A DNA stretch of 64,000 bases, from the NCBI GenBank assembly GCA_015233195.1, contig JADFYE010000007.1, positions 8,684-72,683 of the forward strand, given 5' to 3'. Position numbers and translations under genes: made by a program. Under the pieces are notes generated by a model that was not told where the DNA came from, did no database searches, and was given only the letters and a program-made list of their open reading frames with translations. Shown here piece by piece: positions 61,639-64,000 of this stretch (position 1 is its first letter; every line of letters starts with the position of its first letter). This DNA is from Candidatus Omnitrophota bacterium. GTDB lineage: Bacteria > Omnitrophota > Gorgyraeia > Zapsychrales > Zapsychraceae.

Positions 61639-64000
61639 ATGGCGCATCAGCAGAATTTTTTTATTAACCGGGGTGTATTATTTATTGTATTAGTTACTTT
61701 TTTTGTAACTAATATTATGCCGGTTTCGTATGCCCAGACTGTTATGCCGGTTATCGGGCACGAATTATCGTGCCCCTACAAATCTACCGTTTTTACACCA
61801 GTCTTGATTAAAGGCGTGACTGTTTATCCTAAAGAACCTTTGCGTTTTAACTTTATCGTCGATTCTGGCACATCAAAAGACGCGGATGATGCTATTAAAA
61901 AACAAGCGCAAAAAATGGTGAATTATTTTTTGGCTGCATTAACTGTTCCGCAAAAGGATTTATGGGTCAATCTTTCTCCGAATGAACCAGATAGAATAAT
62001 TCCGCAAGAATTAAGCAAAACTAATTTAGGCGTTGATCTTTTAGCGCAGGATTATTTGTTAAAACAATTAACTGCCTCGCTCCTGGATCCTGATGGAGAA
62101 GCAGGACGAAAGTTTTGGGAAGCGATATATGCGAAAGTATATGCATTACACCTTCCCCCCAACAAAAGTACGGGGGTGGGGAAGGGTAGGGAAGGGGGGA
62201 AAGATTTTGATATTCCAGCCGATATTTTTAACAAAGTCTGGATCGTACCGGAGAGCGCAACGATATACGAAAATGGCAATGGTTCGACAAGCTCACCAGG
62301 GGCTACGGTTTATATCGTCGAAAGTCGACTGAAAGTAATGACTGATGTTGACTATTCTGAACACCTTCCCCCCAACAAAAGTACGGGGGTGGGGAAGGGT
62401 AGGGTAGGGGGGATCACAGCAGATATAATAAAACAAATTATACTCCCTGAAATCGAACGTGAAGTTAATGAAGGCGAGGGATTTGCTCAGCTTCGCCAAA
62501 TCTATCACGCCTTGATTCTCGCTAAATGGTATAAAGAAACAGTCCGCAATAGTATTCTATCGCAAGTGTACGTTGATAAAAATAAAACTTCCGGCGCAGG
62601 TAATGTGGATCCTCGAGCTAAAGAGCAAATTTACCAGGAGTATTTGGCTGCTTTTAAAAAAGGAGCATTCGCGAAAATCAAAGAAGAATACGACCCGCAA
62701 GAGCAGAAAATCATTCCCAGGAAATATTTTTCAGGCGGATTTACTGACGATGGACAAATGAAAATGAAACTTGCAGATCAAGCCGCGCTAACAAAAATTC
62801 ATACGGGGCGCACATTTCAAATGCCGGTTAAACTTAATCCAGAAACAGACCGCGCCTCATTAGCCGAAGAAAAAGACTGCAAGGAAGCTTTAAAATGGAA
62901 GAGAGCAGTTCCGGGAATTAAATTTTGGACGGCAGATCAGATCGTTCAGAAGAGTAAAGAAGCACTTAAACGGAAGCCAGTAAATCTTGGTTTTTTAGAG
63001 GCCAGTATTCTTATGTTAGATGAAGAGGACAAGAGGAGAGTTTTGCGTGAAATGCCGAAGTATGGACATGATCTCATTTTAACAGGACGAATGCTGGATT
63101 TGGCTAGTCGAAGGACTATGTTTGATGATGATCAAAAATATAGATTTTTTAAGTCATTTTTGGTTTTTGATGAGATGTGGTCAAAGGTCAAATCTATAAA
63201 AGGTATGACGGGCAGATTTGAATTTCTTTTTCCTAAGTCGGTCAAATATTATGCTCACAATTATGATGGAATTAAATCAGCGGATAAATTTTTAGCCATT
63301 GCTAAAAAAATAAAACTTTGGGGACACGGGTTTGGTAATTTTCATATGAGTGAGGCTGCTTATCATGGGGGTTATACGTTAGATCATCAATGGGCGATGC
63401 TTGAGGTAATGTTGACCCGGTGGGAAAGAGGAGCATTTGAAGTGTTTAAAGATTTTGGTTCATTTTTATCAACAGAAGGATACGGTCCGTATTTTATGAT
63501 TGACCGGAATCATAGTAGGAAGAATGTTTCGTTGGAACAATTAAATCAAGAAGCTTTATTTGTTGTGCCGCTGGGTTTGGACCTGGAATTTTTCCGTCAG
63601 GGATTATTGGTTGCAGTTGAGAAAAATTTGATCTCCCGTGAAAAAGCAGTGGATGTGTATACCCGTATTGTGACGATGAAGGAAGTGGTGGATTATGAAA
63701 CAAAAGCGGATGCTCGCGCCATGTTCACGCCTGAGTGGCATAGTAAGAGGAATATTGATAAGCCGGTTAAAGTAAATTCAAAAATAGATCGCGCCATGAT
63801 AATTGATGATGAGGATATGATACATCTTCAAGAAAAATATAAGAGAATGACCGCGCTTGTAAAAGTGTTTGGCGAATATCTCCCTGAAACCTACACAGGT
63901 CAGAAAATAAGAGTGGCTGAACTCCTATATAAAATGGAAAAAGAGATGCCGGAGCTGATTAAGAAATTATCAATGTCGGCTGATCTTAAAGGTGAGATAT
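61639..64000 (+). CDS. Giant exported modular protein, paralog 3 (first ~787 aa; continues beyond the right edge; absent from the ORF track)
   Basis: I translated frame 1 by hand from the ATG at 61639 and found no stop to position 64000. The signal peptide is MAHQQNFFINRGVLFIVLVTFFVTNIMPVSYAQ. It shares the N-module with paralogs 1 and 2 (LWVNLSPNEPDRIIP, DLLAQDYLLKQLTASL, FNKVWIVPE, EREVNEGEGFAQLRQIY, IKEEYDPQEQKIIPRKYFSGGF). Confidence 0.85.
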   Translation, partial: MAHQQNFFINRGVLFIVLVTFFVTNIMPVSYAQTVMPVIGHELSCPYKSTVFTPVLIKGVTVYPKEPLRFNFIVDSGTSKDADDAIKKQAQKMVNYFLAALTVPQKDLWVNLSPNEPDRIIPQELSKTNLGVDLLAQDYLLKQLTASLLDPDGEAGRKFWEAIYAKVYALHLPPNKSTGVGKGREGGKDFDIPADIFNKVWIVPESATIYENGNGSTSSPGATVYIVESRLKVMTDVDYSEHLPPNKSTGVGKGRVGGITADIIKQIILPEIEREVNEGEGFAQLRQIYHALILAKWYKETVRNSILSQVYVDKNKTSGAGNVDPRAKEQIYQEYLAAFKKGAFAKIKEEYDPQEQKIIPRKYFSGGFTDDGQMKMKLADQAALTKIHTGRTFQMPVKLNPETDRASLAEEKDCKEALKWKRAVPGIKFWTADQIVQKSKEALKRKPVNLGFLEASILMLDEEDKRRVLREMPKYGHDLILTGRMLDLASRRTMFDDDQKYRFFKSFLVFDEMWSKVKSIKGMTGRFEFLFPKSVKYYAHNYDGIKSADKFLAIAKKIKLWGHGFGNFHMSEAAYHGGYTLDHQWAMLEVMLTRWERGAFEVFKDFGSFLSTEGYGPYFMIDRNHSRKNVSLEQLNQEALFVVPLGLDLEFFRQGLLVAVEKNLISREKAVDVYTRIVTMKEVVDYETKADARAMFTPEWHSKRNIDKPVKVNSKIDRAMIIDDEDMIHLQEKYKRMTALVKVFGEYLPETYTGQKIRVAELLYKMEKEMPELIKKLSMSADLKGEI
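61754..61779 (-). repeat. GTAG-headed hairpin, family A, inverted orientation, inside the paralog 3 CDS (encodes IGHELSCPY)
   Basis: The reverse complement of tcgggcacgaattatcgtgcccctac is gtaggggcacgataattcgtgcccga, which matches 1764-1789 at 25 of 26 nt. Confidence 0.8.
62149..62199 (+). repeat. 51-nt hairpin + G-rich tail repeat, family E, copy 1, in frame in paralog 3 (HLPPNKSTGVGKGREGG)
   Basis: caccttccccccaacaaaagtacgggggtggggaagggtagggaagggggg, stem CCTTCCCC/GGGGAAGG. Confidence 0.85.
62362..62412 (+). repeat. Family E, copy 2, in frame in paralog 3 (HLPPNKSTGVGKGRVGG)
   Basis: It is identical to copy 1 except for one nt (a/t), lies 213 nt downstream, and is in the same codon phase. 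Confidence 0.85.

Noticed and set aside
1239-62412. The repeated GC-rich elements as a possible CRISPR array.
   Set aside because: Copies are dispersed over tens of kb. They belong to several unrelated families, are not regularly spaced with unique spacers, and no cas genes are present.
62052-62508. ORFs 62093-62332(+), 62052-62279(-) and 62293-62508(-).
   Set aside because: They overlap the frame-1 reading frame of giant paralog 3, which has clear paralog support. They exist only because the GC-rich family E repeats suppress stop codons.

Overview
This is an AT-rich, almost fully coding 64 kb bacterial chromosome segment, with most genes on the + strand. The housekeeping backbone runs as follows: mutS (5' part, off the left edge), comM, a LysM/L,D-transpeptidase, accA, rlmN, tRNA-Ala(GGC) and tRNA-Leu(CAA), birA plus a BioH-like esterase, leuS, comEA/comEC, dinD, bamD-lptE-holA, rpsT, murJ, a short uvrC, an orphan pilT, a purine operon (purB-purC-purS/S/L fusion-LOG-purQ-purM-purD-purE), a tsaC/LMW-phosphatase fusion-rpiB-glyA, nrdR, cca, a Macro-NUDIX fusion and a CDF transporter. 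BamD, LptE and MurJ imply a diderm envelope. The composition and repeat content suggest an uncultivated lineage (possibly Omnitrophota-like), but that is my inference and I cannot test it here. Accessory content comprises a zeta-toxin-like P-loop kinase with a translationally coupled micro-ORF, two higBA pairs of different families, and a DUF4143 ATPase. Two things stand out. (1) Three paralogous giant exported proteins (1530-7004, 21252-28415, 61639->64000; the last is missing from the ORF track because it runs off the edge). They share a ~350-aa N-terminal module that I cannot assign to a named family, have unrelated central regions, and carry an internal TM or Tat-like segment. The two complete copies also share a conserved C-terminal tail. 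A D-x-A-M motif recurs at apparent module boundaries. (2) There are at least five families of small GC-rich hairpin repeats (REP-like, some with a GTAG head). Several sit in frame inside coding sequences: the giant genes, uvrC and possibly leuS. I found no CRISPR array, rRNA, transposase or integrase.
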